A stretch of DNA of 64,000 nucleotides from Puniceicoccaceae bacterium (GCA_040830765.1 JBFOMH010000019.1:64001-128000); one strand, 5' to 3'; counted from the stretch's first letter, positions 26,929 through 37,592 are shown. The notes: generated by a model from the letters alone, not told the origin. Program-made: numbers and translations.

Positions 26929-29241
26929 TCAATCAGAAGCCCGCAGCAGGAACCCAAGGTTGTCGAAATAGATGCGGCCGGTGACCGGGGCTTGTGATTC
27001 CAGTTGGTAACGCACCCCGTAAAGCCGTGCCATCGCCTTGAGGCGGCGCGGGTCGGATATCTCGAAACGAAAATGTTCCCAGCGGCCCCGCATGTCCTCA
27101 AGCCGGATGGAGCCTACCACCATCCAGTGGTCGGCCTCACTTTGCATGACTATGTTCACCCGCGCATCGGGGTCGTCCGATTTGAAATCCGGGGAGGCTT
27201 GCATTTCGCCGATAATCCCTCCAATGCGGGCCTTGGGGAGTTTCTCGGGCATACTTTCCAGCAGCAAGAGCACATCAGCATTATCGCCCGGCATGGCGTT
27301 CTCCAGAATGGTTTCAGCAACAAACTCATTGGGCTTGACGGAGGGCTCCATCCCAATGGTGAAGGTCCCGCTGGCACCCCACTCGGAAATCGGATTGTCG
27401 AAGGTCCAGTGAATGACTGGACGTGAAGCCACCGCAATCAGATCAACAACTGCCTGCGCTTTCAGGTCACCGGAGCGTGCCGTCAGCTTCAGCTGACCCG
27501 ATGCGGTAGGGTTCACGAAGCAGCGGGCAACGGACCGGGAAAGGGAAACCGTCAATGATGTTTCCTCTACCGGCCCTGTAAAAGAGAGCACAACCGGTTC
27601 AGCATCCCCGTCGTGCGGATTTCCAGCATTATCCGTGACATAGACCCATGCCTCGAGCGGCAGGTCGGCCGGCGCGTTTTCCGGGACAAGAAGATTCAGG
27701 GCCATCCTGCCCTGGCTCGGCGGCGTTTCCTGCAAACGTGCCGCCTCGTCCTCAAAGGGAATCTCAACTACTTGCAGACTGAATGGCGGAACCGTGACCA
27801 TCCCGTCTCCGGGCATTGTCCATTCAACAACCGACGGTGGACAACTCCAGAGCGGTTGATGGGAGACCGGATTCCAGAAGTACTCCCGATGGGAGAAAGT
27901 GGCCAACCGCCCTGTACGGGTAAAGGCTCTTGTAGCTGGTAATTCAATACATATTTCCTGGGTCTCTGATTCCGACCAGTTGACCAGCATGATCTGCCAC
28001 CCGGTGTCACTTTGCGTCACGAATGAGGCGACAGTCCCACTGTTATTCATGGTGCTGGGCACAACACGGTCACCCATGAGGTTGGCCCAGATGTAATGGG
28101 CCCAATAGATACTCTTGGGGACAATGCCATTCCTACCCACATGGAATGCCCCGTGTCCGCCTTCAGCTGTGGCTGTCAGCAGGTCCCATTGGTTGGCAAA
28201 GGTCACCCCTCCCTCAACCATGGTACCAATCCAGACAGCCGACCAGAGTCCGTTGATCAGGTCCCCGGTATCGCGGTCCTCGTTGACCTTCATGTTCCAC
28301 TCGGTGATGCCAATCTCAATCGCGTCCATGCGCTCAGGCTGGTAGGTCTGCTTCCATTGCCGAATGTGCTGCAAAGCCTCGCGCAAAAGCTGGATATCGG
28401 TGAATTTCCCTTCCGTGTCGGCTCGCTGGACCCCGACCGGGTAGGCATGGAAGCTGATGAAGTCCAGTTCCTCTCCCGCGTCGCGGATCAATTCCTCGAC
28501 AAAGGCCAGACTCAGGTCGGAACTGGCCGGCCCCCCCACCTTGATTGCCGGATTAACTGCCTTTAGCGCCCGGGCATACTCGAGGAAACGCTCCGCATAG
28601 ATCTCCCCGGTCATGCCAGTGCCATCCGGGAGAAAGTGACCAACTTCCCACTGCCCGTTCAGTTCATTGCCGATTTCCCAGTAGGGAACAGAGTAATTAT
28701 TGCTGTCCGCCCACGTGAGCCATTCTACCGCCATTTGCGGCGTTCCCGTCCCGACATTGACCGTGACCATCTGCTTCGCGCCCATTGACTCGGCCAGCTC
28801 ATGCTGCCTCCTCACATCGATCACGCCATGGTAGTCGGACAGTTCCTGACTGGTTCCGTGGATACGGAAACCCGGGGCGTAGGCAGAATAATCGACCTGC
28901 CACTTTCCGTCCTGAAAGGCTTCCCTATTAAAGACCTCGCCATCCCGCACGCCATTCCCGTTCCAGTAGTATTCATTCGACCATGAGCCACCGGGGAGCC
29001 GTATGAGGCCTGGCCCCCACTCCTTGAGAAACTCCTGGAATTCATCTGTGCCCAGATACTCCGGTTCGTACCACAGGGCAAGGTTGGTACCCAGTAGAGC
29101 GGAGAGGTCGATTCGCTTCCCCTTCGGCTCTCCCTCAATCCTCAGGGTATCCACGGATGCAAATGCTCCAGGAAGGACGATGATGAGCAACAAGGGAAGG
29201 GCTGTCAGTAGGGAAAGGCGACTCTGTCGGTGAAGTGTCAT
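26929..29241 (-). CDS. Secreted clan GH-A glycoside hydrolase (GH44/GH51/GH79-like) with C-terminal accessory domains
   Basis: LLGTN, LIRLPGGSWSNEYYW, YWEIGNE (acid/base), DFISFHAY, IGITEWN (nucleophile). Confidence 0.75.
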   Translation of the reverse strand: MTLHRQSRLSLLTALPLLLIIVLPGAFASVDTLRIEGEPKGKRIDLSALLGTNLALWYEPEYLGTDEFQEFLKEWGPGLIRLPGGSWSNEYYWNGNGVRDGEVFNREAFQDGKWQVDYSAYAPGFRIHGTSQELSDYHGVIDVRRQHELAESMGAKQMVTVNVGTGTPQMAVEWLTWADSNNYSVPYWEIGNELNGQWEVGHFLPDGTGMTGEIYAERFLEYARALKAVNPAIKVGGPASSDLSLAFVEELIRDAGEELDFISFHAYPVGVQRADTEGKFTDIQLLREALQHIRQWKQTYQPERMDAIEIGITEWNMKVNEDRDTGDLINGLWSAVWIGTMVEGGVTFANQWDLLTATAEGGHGAFHVGRNGIVPKSIYWAHYIWANLMGDRVVPSTMNNSGTVASFVTQSDTGWQIMLVNWSESETQEICIELPATRAFTRTGRLATFSHREYFWNPVSHQPLWSCPPSVVEWTMPGDGMVTVPPFSLQVVEIPFEDEAARLQETPPSQGRMALNLLVPENAPADLPLEAWVYVTDNAGNPHDGDAEPVVLSFTGPVEETSLTVSLSRSVARCFVNPTASGQLKLTARSGDLKAQAVVDLIAVASRPVIHWTFDNPISEWGASGTFTIGMEPSVKPNEFVAETILENAMPGDNADVLLLLESMPEKLPKARIGGIIGEMQASPDFKSDDPDARVNIVMQSEADHWMVVGSIRLEDMRGRWEHFRFEISDPRRLKAMARLYGVRYQLESQAPVTGRIYFDNLGFLLRASD

Positions 29242-29292
29242 ACTGTCTTCAAGGAGTACAAGGATTCCTATGCAAGATTCACTCAAGTGACT

Positions 29293-29344
29293 CCGCAACC
29301 AGAATATTCATTGATGAGAGCGTTCTATATACTGAATTTGCGTA
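29293..29344 (-). promoter_or_regulatory. Regulon operator site D
   Basis: Minus strand TACGC-AAATTCAG-N13-CTCATCAATGAA-N8-TTGCGG. Confidence 0.7.
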
Positions 29345-29384
29345 CCAGCATTGGAATGCAGGAATTCGGAATTTTCCCAATATC

Positions 29385-29436
29385 TGCGCATTTTCAGCTT
29401 AAAATCTTCATTTTTCACTGATTTAATTCGTTGAGT
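29385..29436 (+). promoter_or_regulatory. Regulon operator site E
   Basis: TGCGC-ATTTTCAG-N13-TTTTTCACTGAT-N8-TTGAGT. Confidence 0.75.
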
Positions 29437-29471
29437 GTACAGAATTCGTTTTGAGACAATGTTCACACTCC

Positions 29472-30923
29472 ATGGAGCAGACTGATACCCCTTACGACCC
29501 CAAAAAGTCCTCTATCGCCATAGAAGACCGCGTTCCGTTCTCCCGAAAGCTGGCCTACGGCATCGCCGGACCGGTGGACATCTGGAGCGTCTGGATCCTG
29601 GTCAGTATTTCCTATCCGCTCTTCAACATGGAACTGGGCCTGGCCCCAACCAAGGTGGCCATCATCCTCATGGCCCTGCGCCTGTGGGACGGGATCGCCG
29701 ATCCGGTGATGGGCTGGATTTCCGACAACACACGTACCCGCTGGGGCCGTCGCCGGCCCTACATCTTCATCGGGGCAATTCTCGCCGGTCTGACCTTTCC
29801 TTTCATCTGGTGGTTCCCCCAGGGCCTGAGTGACTGGCAGATTGTCGGCTGGGTGGTTGGCTTCGGCATCCTGTTCTACACCTGCTTCACTATCTGGGCA
29901 ATGCCCTACCAGAGCCTCCTGATGGAGATGACGCCCGACTACAACGAGCGGACCCGGGTTGCCGCTGTACGCGGGCTTATCCAGTCCGCCTCCAGCCTGG
30001 TGGTGGGGTTCTCCTGGTGGCTGGCCCTGCGGCCGGTCTTTGCCGATCCGGTAACCGGGGCGGCCAGTACCGCCAACGGCATGCGCTATATCTCTCTCGT
30101 CGTTGCTGTCTTTATCATCATCCTGGGCGTCCTTCCGGCTATTTTTGTCAAGGAACGCTACTACGACTCAGAGACCGTCCAGAGCCAGGGAAAGGTTAAT
30201 CTACGGAAGAGCCTCAAGGAGACACTGAGCAACAAGCCGTTCATTATTCTCTGCACCTTCACCATTTTCTTTCTTCTCGGAACGAGCATTTATGACAGCT
30301 ACGGCCGCTACGTTGGGACGTATTATGTCCTCGGTGGCGACTGGGAACGCAGCTCACTCTTCCAGATATACGGTACCTTCATCTACACGGTCTGCAGCCT
30401 TGGCCTGATTCCGGTTTTCCGGCGCGTTTCCGAGCACATCGGAAAAAACCGGACCCTCCTTATTGCAACCACATTAGTGCTTATTTCCGGCATCCTGACT
30501 TGGTTCACCAACCGGCCGGACCTGCCCTACCTGATGCTCGTGAATACGGTCTTTATCGGGGCCGGTTATGCCGGACTCTGGCTCATGATTCCCTCGATGC
30601 AGGCGGACGTGGTTGACTCCGACGAACTGGCCACCGGGGAGCGCCGCGAAGGGAGCTTTGCCGCCATTTACTCCTGGGTCCTCAAGCTGAGCTTTTGTAT
30701 CGGTTTTCTCATTTCCGGTCCGCTGCTAGAGTTCACCGGATTCGATGCCGAGCTCGGCAGTGCCCAGCCGGAGAATGTCCTGCTCAACCTGCGCATTGGC
30801 TACATCGCCCTGCCGGTCGGGGCCCTTATCCTGGCCGTATTCCTCCTGCGGGCCTTTCCCATTAATCCGGAACGCGCCCGCGAGATCCGCGACTCGCTGG
30901 AGGCAAGGCGCGGCAAGGTGTGA
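29472..30923 (+). CDS. GPH-family (MelB-like) glycoside MFS transporter
   Basis: RLWDGIADPVMGWISDNTRTRWGRRRPY, EMTPDYNERTR, ADVVDSDELATGERREG. Confidence 0.92.
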   Translation: MEQTDTPYDPKKSSIAIEDRVPFSRKLAYGIAGPVDIWSVWILVSISYPLFNMELGLAPTKVAIILMALRLWDGIADPVMGWISDNTRTRWGRRRPYIFIGAILAGLTFPFIWWFPQGLSDWQIVGWVVGFGILFYTCFTIWAMPYQSLLMEMTPDYNERTRVAAVRGLIQSASSLVVGFSWWLALRPVFADPVTGAASTANGMRYISLVVAVFIIILGVLPAIFVKERYYDSETVQSQGKVNLRKSLKETLSNKPFIILCTFTIFFLLGTSIYDSYGRYVGTYYVLGGDWERSSLFQIYGTFIYTVCSLGLIPVFRRVSEHIGKNRTLLIATTLVLISGILTWFTNRPDLPYLMLVNTVFIGAGYAGLWLMIPSMQADVVDSDELATGERREGSFAAIYSWVLKLSFCIGFLISGPLLEFTGFDAELGSAQPENVLLNLRIGYIALPVGALILAVFLLRAFPINPERAREIRDSLEARRGKV

Positions 30924-30942
30924 CAGCTCTTTATTAATCCCC

Positions 30943-33900
30943 ATGCAGCTCAATCTGAAGACAACCCATAACTCGCTGGTGGCAGGCATCCTCCTCGCTG
31001 CCAGTTGGTTGTCGGCTGCTCCGGAAACGCCGCCCAATATCATTCTCATCGTGGCTGATGACCTCGGTGCGCATACATTGGGAATTGATGGTAATCCGGT
31101 TTTGGAAACTCCCCAACTGGACCAGTTGGCCCTTTCCGGGACCCGCTTCGCCCAGGGTTATGCCCCGGCTCCCGTGTGCAAGCCCTCCCGGGGCGCCATC
31201 ATGACCGGGCAGTACCCGCCGCGTACCGCTGTCTACCGCGTGGCTGAGCGCCACAAGGGGTACGGGGACAAGATCCGCCATGTCCTGCCGGACAATGCCC
31301 CTCTGTTGCCACTGGAATCCATCACCATTGCAGAGGTGCTTGCCGATGCCGGCTACCGCACGGCCCACTTTGGTAAATGGCACTTGCAGGCCGGTCCCCG
31401 TGGCCTCCCCGGCGAACAGGGCTTCGACACATTTCTTGAAAGCCACGGAGCCCATTTCAATGCACACACGGCTCCGCCAACGGACCTGCCTGAAGGCAGC
31501 TACATCGGGGATGTCATGACCGACCGCGCACTGGCCTTCGTGAACGAGGCCGTCAGTGAATCAAAGCCTTTCTTCCTCTACCTGCCCTATTTCCTCATTC
31601 ACAAGCCATGGGAAGCCAAGGAGGAGCACCTGCGGCATTTCCGCGACAAGCTGGGCCCGGATGCCGATGAGACCCTGGTGACCGTGGCGGCCATGACCCT
31701 CAGCCTGGATGAAAATGTCGGACGGGTCATGGATTACCTGAAAGAGAGCGATCTGGCCGCCAATACCCTTGTTGTCTTCACCTCCGACAACGGAGGCTAC
31801 AAGATGGACGGCAACATCCTCAACGCGCCCCTGCGGGGCTGCAAGGGAGAGATGTATGAAGGAGGACTGCGCGTTCCTTTTATCTTTTCCTGGCCGAATA
31901 GGATTCCGTCAGGAAGCATATTGAACGATCCCATCCATGGAGTTGATCTCTTCCCCACCCTTGCCGCCTTTGCCGGGGCTGAATCGCCAACCGGCCATTC
32001 TGTCGATGGGGTCGACCTGAAGGACCTGATCACGGGAAGAGTGGAGCAACTCGCCCCTCGTCCCCTGTTCTGGTTTTTCCCGAAGTACGCCGGCTGGAAC
32101 AAGAAATCCGAGTTATGGCGCGACGAATGGCGCAACGTCATCCTGGATGGCGGATACAAACTGATTGAATACAGGGAAACCGGCCGGGTGGAACTGTTTA
32201 ATCTACAGGAAGATCCCTTTGAGACAAAGGAATTGAGCGATGCGGAGCCGGAGAAGGCAAAGGAACTGCAACAAAAACTGGCCAACTGGAAACAATCCGT
32301 CGGAGCCCCGCCAGAAGTGCCGAACCCCGGCTACACCGGCCCTCTGGAAGTTGACGAATTGATGGCCTACGAGGTCGATGCCTCGGTGGAGCTTCCCACG
32401 GCCTCGCGGGCAGCCCATGAAGCCTGGAAGGACCAGCGCTTCGGCATGTTCATCCACTGGGGACCCATTTCCCAGATGGGCAAGCAACTGAGCCACTCGC
32501 GCAAAAGTCCCAGCCATCGCACTGGCGGGCGCCCCTACAAGACCGCCCCGATCCCTCCGGAAGTCTATGATGTCCAGTACAAGACGTTCAATCCGGTCAA
32601 CTTTGATCCGGATGCCATGATGAAGATGGCCCGTGCCGCCGGAGTGGAGTACGTCGTCTTCACCGCCAAGCACCACGCCGGCTTTTCCATGTTCGATTCC
32701 GCAGTGACCGAATACGATATTCTGTCTACCCCCTACGGAAAGGACATCACCCGTGAGCTCGCGGATGCCGCCCGGAACAACGGAATTGATTTCGGATTTT
32801 ACTATTCCCCGCGCGACTGGTATCATCCCGATTGTGATTCTGAGAGTCACCACCAGCGCTACATCGAGCAATTCTACAAACCCCAAATGACCGAGCTCCT
32901 TGAGAACTACGGCCCGATTCATTCCATCTTTTTCGATGGATTGGGACCGGGAGACTGGGGCGACACCTCTGCAGAAGTCATGAAAATGATCCGGGATCGC
33001 CACCCGGATGCCATGGTCAATGACCGCGGCGGCGCCGGGGCCGACTATTACACGCCAGAACATTACATAAGTTACTTCAACAATGACGTCTCCTGGGAGG
33101 CCTGTCACACCACGACCGGACAATGGGGCTACAATCCGGATGTCGGGGCCAAGTCGCTGCCTGATTTAATGGAGATTCTCCTTTATACATGGGGTGGCGA
33201 CGGCAACATCCTGCTTAACATAGGTCCCATGGGGGATGGCTCAGTCAATCCGGTGGAACAGGAACGCTTCGGGCAACTGGCCGATTGGTGGCGCGTGCAT
33301 GGTGAGGTCAGTATCCGCGGAACACGAGGTGGCCCCTACATTCCTGGTCCATGGGGCGTATCCACCCGCAAGGATAACCAAATCTTCCTGCACATCTTCC
33401 GCTGGGGAGAAGGCGGAACGCTCTCCTTCCCGGCGTTCGAAGGGATGAAACTCAAGACTGCCCGGCGGCTTGACGGAGGTCCGGTCAGCGCCAGCGAATC
33501 CAATGGCCACTACCAGGTGCAGATTGATCCGAAAAGCCGCAATGACATTGTCACTACAGTTGAGTTGTCGTTCGACAAGCCAGTTTCCGGACTGGAACCC
33601 CTCCAACGCATCCAAAGCCTGACAATTTCAGCTGTTCTTGATAGCTCCCACAACCGGAAAGAACTACCCTTCCTGCGCGACCAGGATGTCCATACGGAAT
33701 GGTACGCTTACCTGCAACCTGAGGATAACAAGGAACTCTGGCTGGAGGCCCGCTTTAAGGAACCGGTAACCATCGGCGCATTCAGCGGTGCCCGCGGCGA
33801 GCACTGGGCACCCCAGCACCGGGCGGATCTACAGGTCCTGAATGAAAGCGGTGATTGGGAAACCGTCTCCGGCAAGTTTAACCGCTTCCGCTTCACTACC

Positions 33901-34029
33901 ATGAATTGCCTTCCCCAGCCGGTCACGACCGACCGGGTGCGCCTGCGGATCCAGAGGATCCGCAGCTATTCCAACCCCCAACACTTCGTCCTGGCGGAAT
34001 GGGAGCTCTTTCCGCCGATTGAGAATTAA
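30943..34029 (+). CDS. Sulfatase - GH29 alpha-L-fucosidase fusion with C-terminal beta-sandwich (F5/8-like) domain
   Basis: Signal peptide from MQLNLK; NIILIVADDLG, VCKPSRGAIMTG, SDNGG; then RFGMFIHWG, FTAKHHAGF, IFFDG, VNDR, WEAC, NILLNIGP (GH29). Confidence 0.9.
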   Translation: MQLNLKTTHNSLVAGILLAASWLSAAPETPPNIILIVADDLGAHTLGIDGNPVLETPQLDQLALSGTRFAQGYAPAPVCKPSRGAIMTGQYPPRTAVYRVAERHKGYGDKIRHVLPDNAPLLPLESITIAEVLADAGYRTAHFGKWHLQAGPRGLPGEQGFDTFLESHGAHFNAHTAPPTDLPEGSYIGDVMTDRALAFVNEAVSESKPFFLYLPYFLIHKPWEAKEEHLRHFRDKLGPDADETLVTVAAMTLSLDENVGRVMDYLKESDLAANTLVVFTSDNGGYKMDGNILNAPLRGCKGEMYEGGLRVPFIFSWPNRIPSGSILNDPIHGVDLFPTLAAFAGAESPTGHSVDGVDLKDLITGRVEQLAPRPLFWFFPKYAGWNKKSELWRDEWRNVILDGGYKLIEYRETGRVELFNLQEDPFETKELSDAEPEKAKELQQKLANWKQSVGAPPEVPNPGYTGPLEVDELMAYEVDASVELPTASRAAHEAWKDQRFGMFIHWGPISQMGKQLSHSRKSPSHRTGGRPYKTAPIPPEVYDVQYKTFNPVNFDPDAMMKMARAAGVEYVVFTAKHHAGFSMFDSAVTEYDILSTPYGKDITRELADAARNNGIDFGFYYSPRDWYHPDCDSESHHQRYIEQFYKPQMTELLENYGPIHSIFFDGLGPGDWGDTSAEVMKMIRDRHPDAMVNDRGGAGADYYTPEHYISYFNNDVSWEACHTTTGQWGYNPDVGAKSLPDLMEILLYTWGGDGNILLNIGPMGDGSVNPVEQERFGQLADWWRVHGEVSIRGTRGGPYIPGPWGVSTRKDNQIFLHIFRWGEGGTLSFPAFEGMKLKTARRLDGGPVSASESNGHYQVQIDPKSRNDIVTTVELSFDKPVSGLEPLQRIQSLTISAVLDSSHNRKELPFLRDQDVHTEWYAYLQPEDNKELWLEARFKEPVTIGAFSGARGEHWAPQHRADLQVLNESGDWETVSGKFNRFRFTTMNCLPQPVTTDRVRLRIQRIRSYSNPQHFVLAEWELFPPIEN

Positions 34030-34056
34030 CAAAATAACTACCAAACCACGCTAAAT

Positions 34057-37000
34057 ATGAAACTCCACAAATACATACTACCACTACTCGTTCCGTTGAC
34101 GCCTGTTTTTGCACAGACCGAAGAAGGAACCGCTGAAGAAGAAGTATTCGAACTCTCCCCCTTCGTCGTCGATGCCGGGGAAGATACCGGATACTACGCC
34201 TCCCAGACCCTTGCCGGAACCCGCTTGAAGACCAATGTCCAGGACGTCGGATCCTCCATCCAGATCCTTACCGAGGACTTCCTTGATGACGTTGGGGCGG
34301 ATGACGTCAACGACCTCTTCCTCTACACCACCAATACGGAAGCCGCTGGACTGAACGGGAATTTCACGGACTACACCACCGGAGAAACCTCCCTTGGAGA
34401 TGAGGCTTTCAGAATTGATCCCCAAGGTGCGCAGCGGGTCCGTGGTCTCTCCCGGGCGGACCTGACCCGGAACTACTTCCTCACCCGCCTGCCCAGCGAC
34501 CGCTACAACACCGAGCGGGTGGAAATCAACCGTGGAGCCAATTCCATTCTCTTCGGTCTCGGCAGCCCTGCCGGTATCGCCAACACCTCCCTCAAGCAGG
34601 CCCGCTATTCCGACTTTGGGGAAATCCGTTACCGTCTCGATGGCGAAGGGACCCACCGCGGAGAACTGGACTACAATACCGAAGTCATCGACGGCAAACT
34701 GGCCGTCCGCTTCGGAGTCCTTGTTGATCGTACCAAGTACCGCCAGGAGCCCGCCTTTGAGGATGACGACCGTTTTTATGTCAACCTCAACGCCCGCCCC
34801 TGGAAGGGTGCGGCCGTACGTGCATGGGCGGAAACCGGCAAGCGCAAGGCCAACCGGCCCAGTCTCATCTTCCCGGCCAGCACAATCAAGTTCTGGTTTG
34901 ATGCTTCCCCGGAGGTCAACGGCCAAATCCAGGATATTTTGGATGAGAATGGCGTGCTCAACATCAGCGGCAATCCGCTGACTGTGCCATCTACCAACCG
35001 AATCGCCTATGATCCGGACCTTTATGATAAGTGGGCCCGGAATATAAACAACATCATCAATGCCGATGATGTGAACCTCGATGGCGTGGTAGATGGAGCT
35101 GATGACACGGCCCGCATCATGGCCCTTCAGAATGCCATAGTATTTCCCCAGAACAATGCCGACCGCTATGTGAAGCATCCCAATGCCTCCCGCCAGTTGT
35201 TGAAAGTATTCAACTATAATCAAGCAGTGGCCGGCGGCGCACCCTACGGCGTCGACACCATTCAGAGCAACCTGAACTCCGCTCAGTGGCGACCCAAGCT
35301 GAAAGGCGGCGTCCCACCGGAAACCGACTTGAGCGGTAATGGACGGTTTTCCTACAACTACAATTCGTCCATCCAGCCATGGCGCGACCGCGATCCGGTT
35401 CTCGTTCCGGAAAGTATTGATGACCTGGCTATCTACGACTTCACGGAGAACCTGCTCTCCGGTGACTCCGCCTTCCAGAATGATGACTTCGACCAATACA
35501 ACATCGCCTTCGAGCAGTTGCTGTTTGAAGAAAAATTCGGCATCGAGATTGCCTATGACAAGCAATCCTACGAAAGGGAAACATTTGTTCCCTTCCAAGG
35601 CTTCACTGGCGTCTTTGTCGACACCATGCCATCCTACCTCGGGGCACCGAATCCGAATTACGGCCGGGCATTTGTCCAGGCCCGTACCAATAAGATCGAT
35701 ATCACCGATGACCGGGATTCTTTCCGTGCGACCGCCTTCTTCCGCTTCAATCCAGCGGAGATATGGGAGGACTCCCGCATCGCCGCATGGCTCGGGGAGC
35801 ACACCTTCACCGGCCTCTATAATGATTATTCGCAGTCGTTTACGCGATCGGCCTTCAATCAGTACTACACCGACCAGTATGCCGGTTCGACACTCCGGGA
35901 CAACGATACCCAGATCGCAGACAGCAATCGCCGGTTCAACTACATCGTCTACATCGGCGACCAGAACCTCTACGATGTCGGTACGTATGACGAAGTCCGC
36001 CTCCACCGCATGACCGACCAGCAGTTGTGGAATCCCGGGCAAACCGCTACCTTCACCGATATTGATCCGGTTACAGGCGAGTTAATGGAGACAACGATTA
36101 CCTCGGAAGTATTCATGGATAACTACACCCTGGAGACACTGGACAATGAGTCTTATGCTGCCATCTGGAATGGTCATTTCTTCAATGGGAACCTGATTGG
36201 TCTCGTTGGCTGGCGTCAGGACGAGGTCTATGCAGTCAACTATGATGCCGATATCGATCCGGACACGGCCCTGGCGCATCCGGACCGGCTCCTGATCAAT
36301 GGTATTGATGACCGCAAGGTGGAAAGCCTCAGTTGGTCAGTGGTCGCTCATGTACCTGACCGGTGGATGCCACAGGGTACCGGAGTCACCCTTCATTACG
36401 GTTACTCGGAAAACTTCCAGCTGGGAACGACCGGTGTGGACCTCTACGGCAACCAGGTTGCCCCGCCAGCCGGAGAAACCAAGGAATACGGGATCACCGC
36501 TTCCCTCTTCGATGGAAAGCTCTATGCCCGTCTGAACTGGTACGAGACGAGCCTCCTAAACCGTCCCTTGGAAGGCAGCGCCAACCTCTACGATACCTTC
36601 ATCGACCGGATCCTGTTGCACACCTATGCCAACCTCAAGGAATCACAGGTCGCCGGTCCGCAAGATCCTGTAATCGACCCGGATACCGGAGAACCCGACC
36701 CGAATTCCGGAACGGAAAACTTCGATCTCGGCATGGCTGCCCTCGCCGGGCTTGAGCCCCTGATTCCGCAATCCGCACTGGAGGCCGCGAACCTGGTTGG
36801 CATTGATGGCACCGGTAATGTCGCCACCAACCGCCGCGACCTTAACTGGGCCGACACAGAGGACGTCACTGCGGAGGGCTTCGAAGTGGAACTTACCTAC
36901 AACCCGACTCGCAGTTGGCGGATCTCGCTCAACGTAGCCCAGCAGGAAACCGTTACCAGCAACTACTCGCCACGATTGGCAGCATTGCTTGAGCTGACGG

Positions 37001-37575
37001 ATCCCTGGCTCAACAGCGCCACCGGCTCCATCAAGGACCTCCGCTTCTTCCCCAATTACGACAACGATCCTATCCAGTGGATGACCGGGCCTTTCGTTGA
37101 TACCAATGAGATTGGCGAACGCAGCGAGCTGCTGGTCTATGATGAGTACCGCAATGCCGTCGCCCAGCAGGGCAAGGTATCCGCGGAGCAACGCGAGTGG
37201 CGGGTCAACCTGATCACCAATTACAACTTCCGTGACGGCCGCCTCAAGGGCTTTGGTATCGGGGGTGCCCTGCGCTGGCAGGACGGAGCGGTCATCGGTT
37301 ACCCGACCGAATTGATTGACGGCCAATTCATCTCGGATATCGACAATCCACACGTTGCGCCAAGTGAAACCACGGTCGATGCCTGGATCCGCTACCGTAC
37401 CAAGATCTTCAAGGGGAAGGTTGACTGGCAGATCGAATTGCGCGTCCAGAACCTCAATACCGACGCGGATGACTTGATCCCGGTGGTGGCCAAGAACTCC
37501 CAGGAGTACGAGGTCGCTGTCTGGCGCTCCGGCCCTCCGCGGGTCTTCCGCCTGACCAATACCTTCAAGTTCTAG
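34057..37575 (+). CDS. TonB-dependent receptor (Opitutales-type)
   Basis: Signal peptide; VFELSPFVVDA..D.GYYASQTLAGTRL plug, RVEINRGANSILFGLGSPAG, C-terminal RLTNTFKF with terminal Phe. Confidence 0.93.
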   Translation: MKLHKYILPLLVPLTPVFAQTEEGTAEEEVFELSPFVVDAGEDTGYYASQTLAGTRLKTNVQDVGSSIQILTEDFLDDVGADDVNDLFLYTTNTEAAGLNGNFTDYTTGETSLGDEAFRIDPQGAQRVRGLSRADLTRNYFLTRLPSDRYNTERVEINRGANSILFGLGSPAGIANTSLKQARYSDFGEIRYRLDGEGTHRGELDYNTEVIDGKLAVRFGVLVDRTKYRQEPAFEDDDRFYVNLNARPWKGAAVRAWAETGKRKANRPSLIFPASTIKFWFDASPEVNGQIQDILDENGVLNISGNPLTVPSTNRIAYDPDLYDKWARNINNIINADDVNLDGVVDGADDTARIMALQNAIVFPQNNADRYVKHPNASRQLLKVFNYNQAVAGGAPYGVDTIQSNLNSAQWRPKLKGGVPPETDLSGNGRFSYNYNSSIQPWRDRDPVLVPESIDDLAIYDFTENLLSGDSAFQNDDFDQYNIAFEQLLFEEKFGIEIAYDKQSYERETFVPFQGFTGVFVDTMPSYLGAPNPNYGRAFVQARTNKIDITDDRDSFRATAFFRFNPAEIWEDSRIAAWLGEHTFTGLYNDYSQSFTRSAFNQYYTDQYAGSTLRDNDTQIADSNRRFNYIVYIGDQNLYDVGTYDEVRLHRMTDQQLWNPGQTATFTDIDPVTGELMETTITSEVFMDNYTLETLDNESYAAIWNGHFFNGNLIGLVGWRQDEVYAVNYDADIDPDTALAHPDRLLINGIDDRKVESLSWSVVAHVPDRWMPQGTGVTLHYGYSENFQLGTTGVDLYGNQVAPPAGETKEYGITASLFDGKLYARLNWYETSLLNRPLEGSANLYDTFIDRILLHTYANLKESQVAGPQDPVIDPDTGEPDPNSGTENFDLGMAALAGLEPLIPQSALEAANLVGIDGTGNVATNRRDLNWADTEDVTAEGFEVELTYNPTRSWRISLNVAQQETVTSNYSPRLAALLELTDPWLNSATGSIKDLRFFPNYDNDPIQWMTGPFVDTNEIGERSELLVYDEYRNAVAQQGKVSAEQREWRVNLITNYNFRDGRLKGFGIGGALRWQDGAVIGYPTELIDGQFISDIDNPHVAPSETTVDAWIRYRTKIFKGKVDWQIELRVQNLNTDADDLIPVVAKNSQEYEVAVWRSGPPRVFRLTNTFKF

Positions 37576-37592
37576 GGTTATCATATTCACGC

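Noticed and set aside
30745..30942. N-terminal extension of the 1094-aa ORF overlapping the MFS gene
   Set aside because: A signal peptide starts at ATG 30943 just after the MFS stop, so the extension is an ORF-caller artefact. The same applies to the long starts listed at 27101, 15399, 44290, 59573 and 11612.
34084..36042. 652-aa antisense ORF (and 36643-37590, 39042-40076, 32203-33123, 16394-17284, 57478-58458)
   Set aside because: These are shadow frames opposite well-supported genes, expected from GC-rich codon bias, and they show no recognisable motifs.
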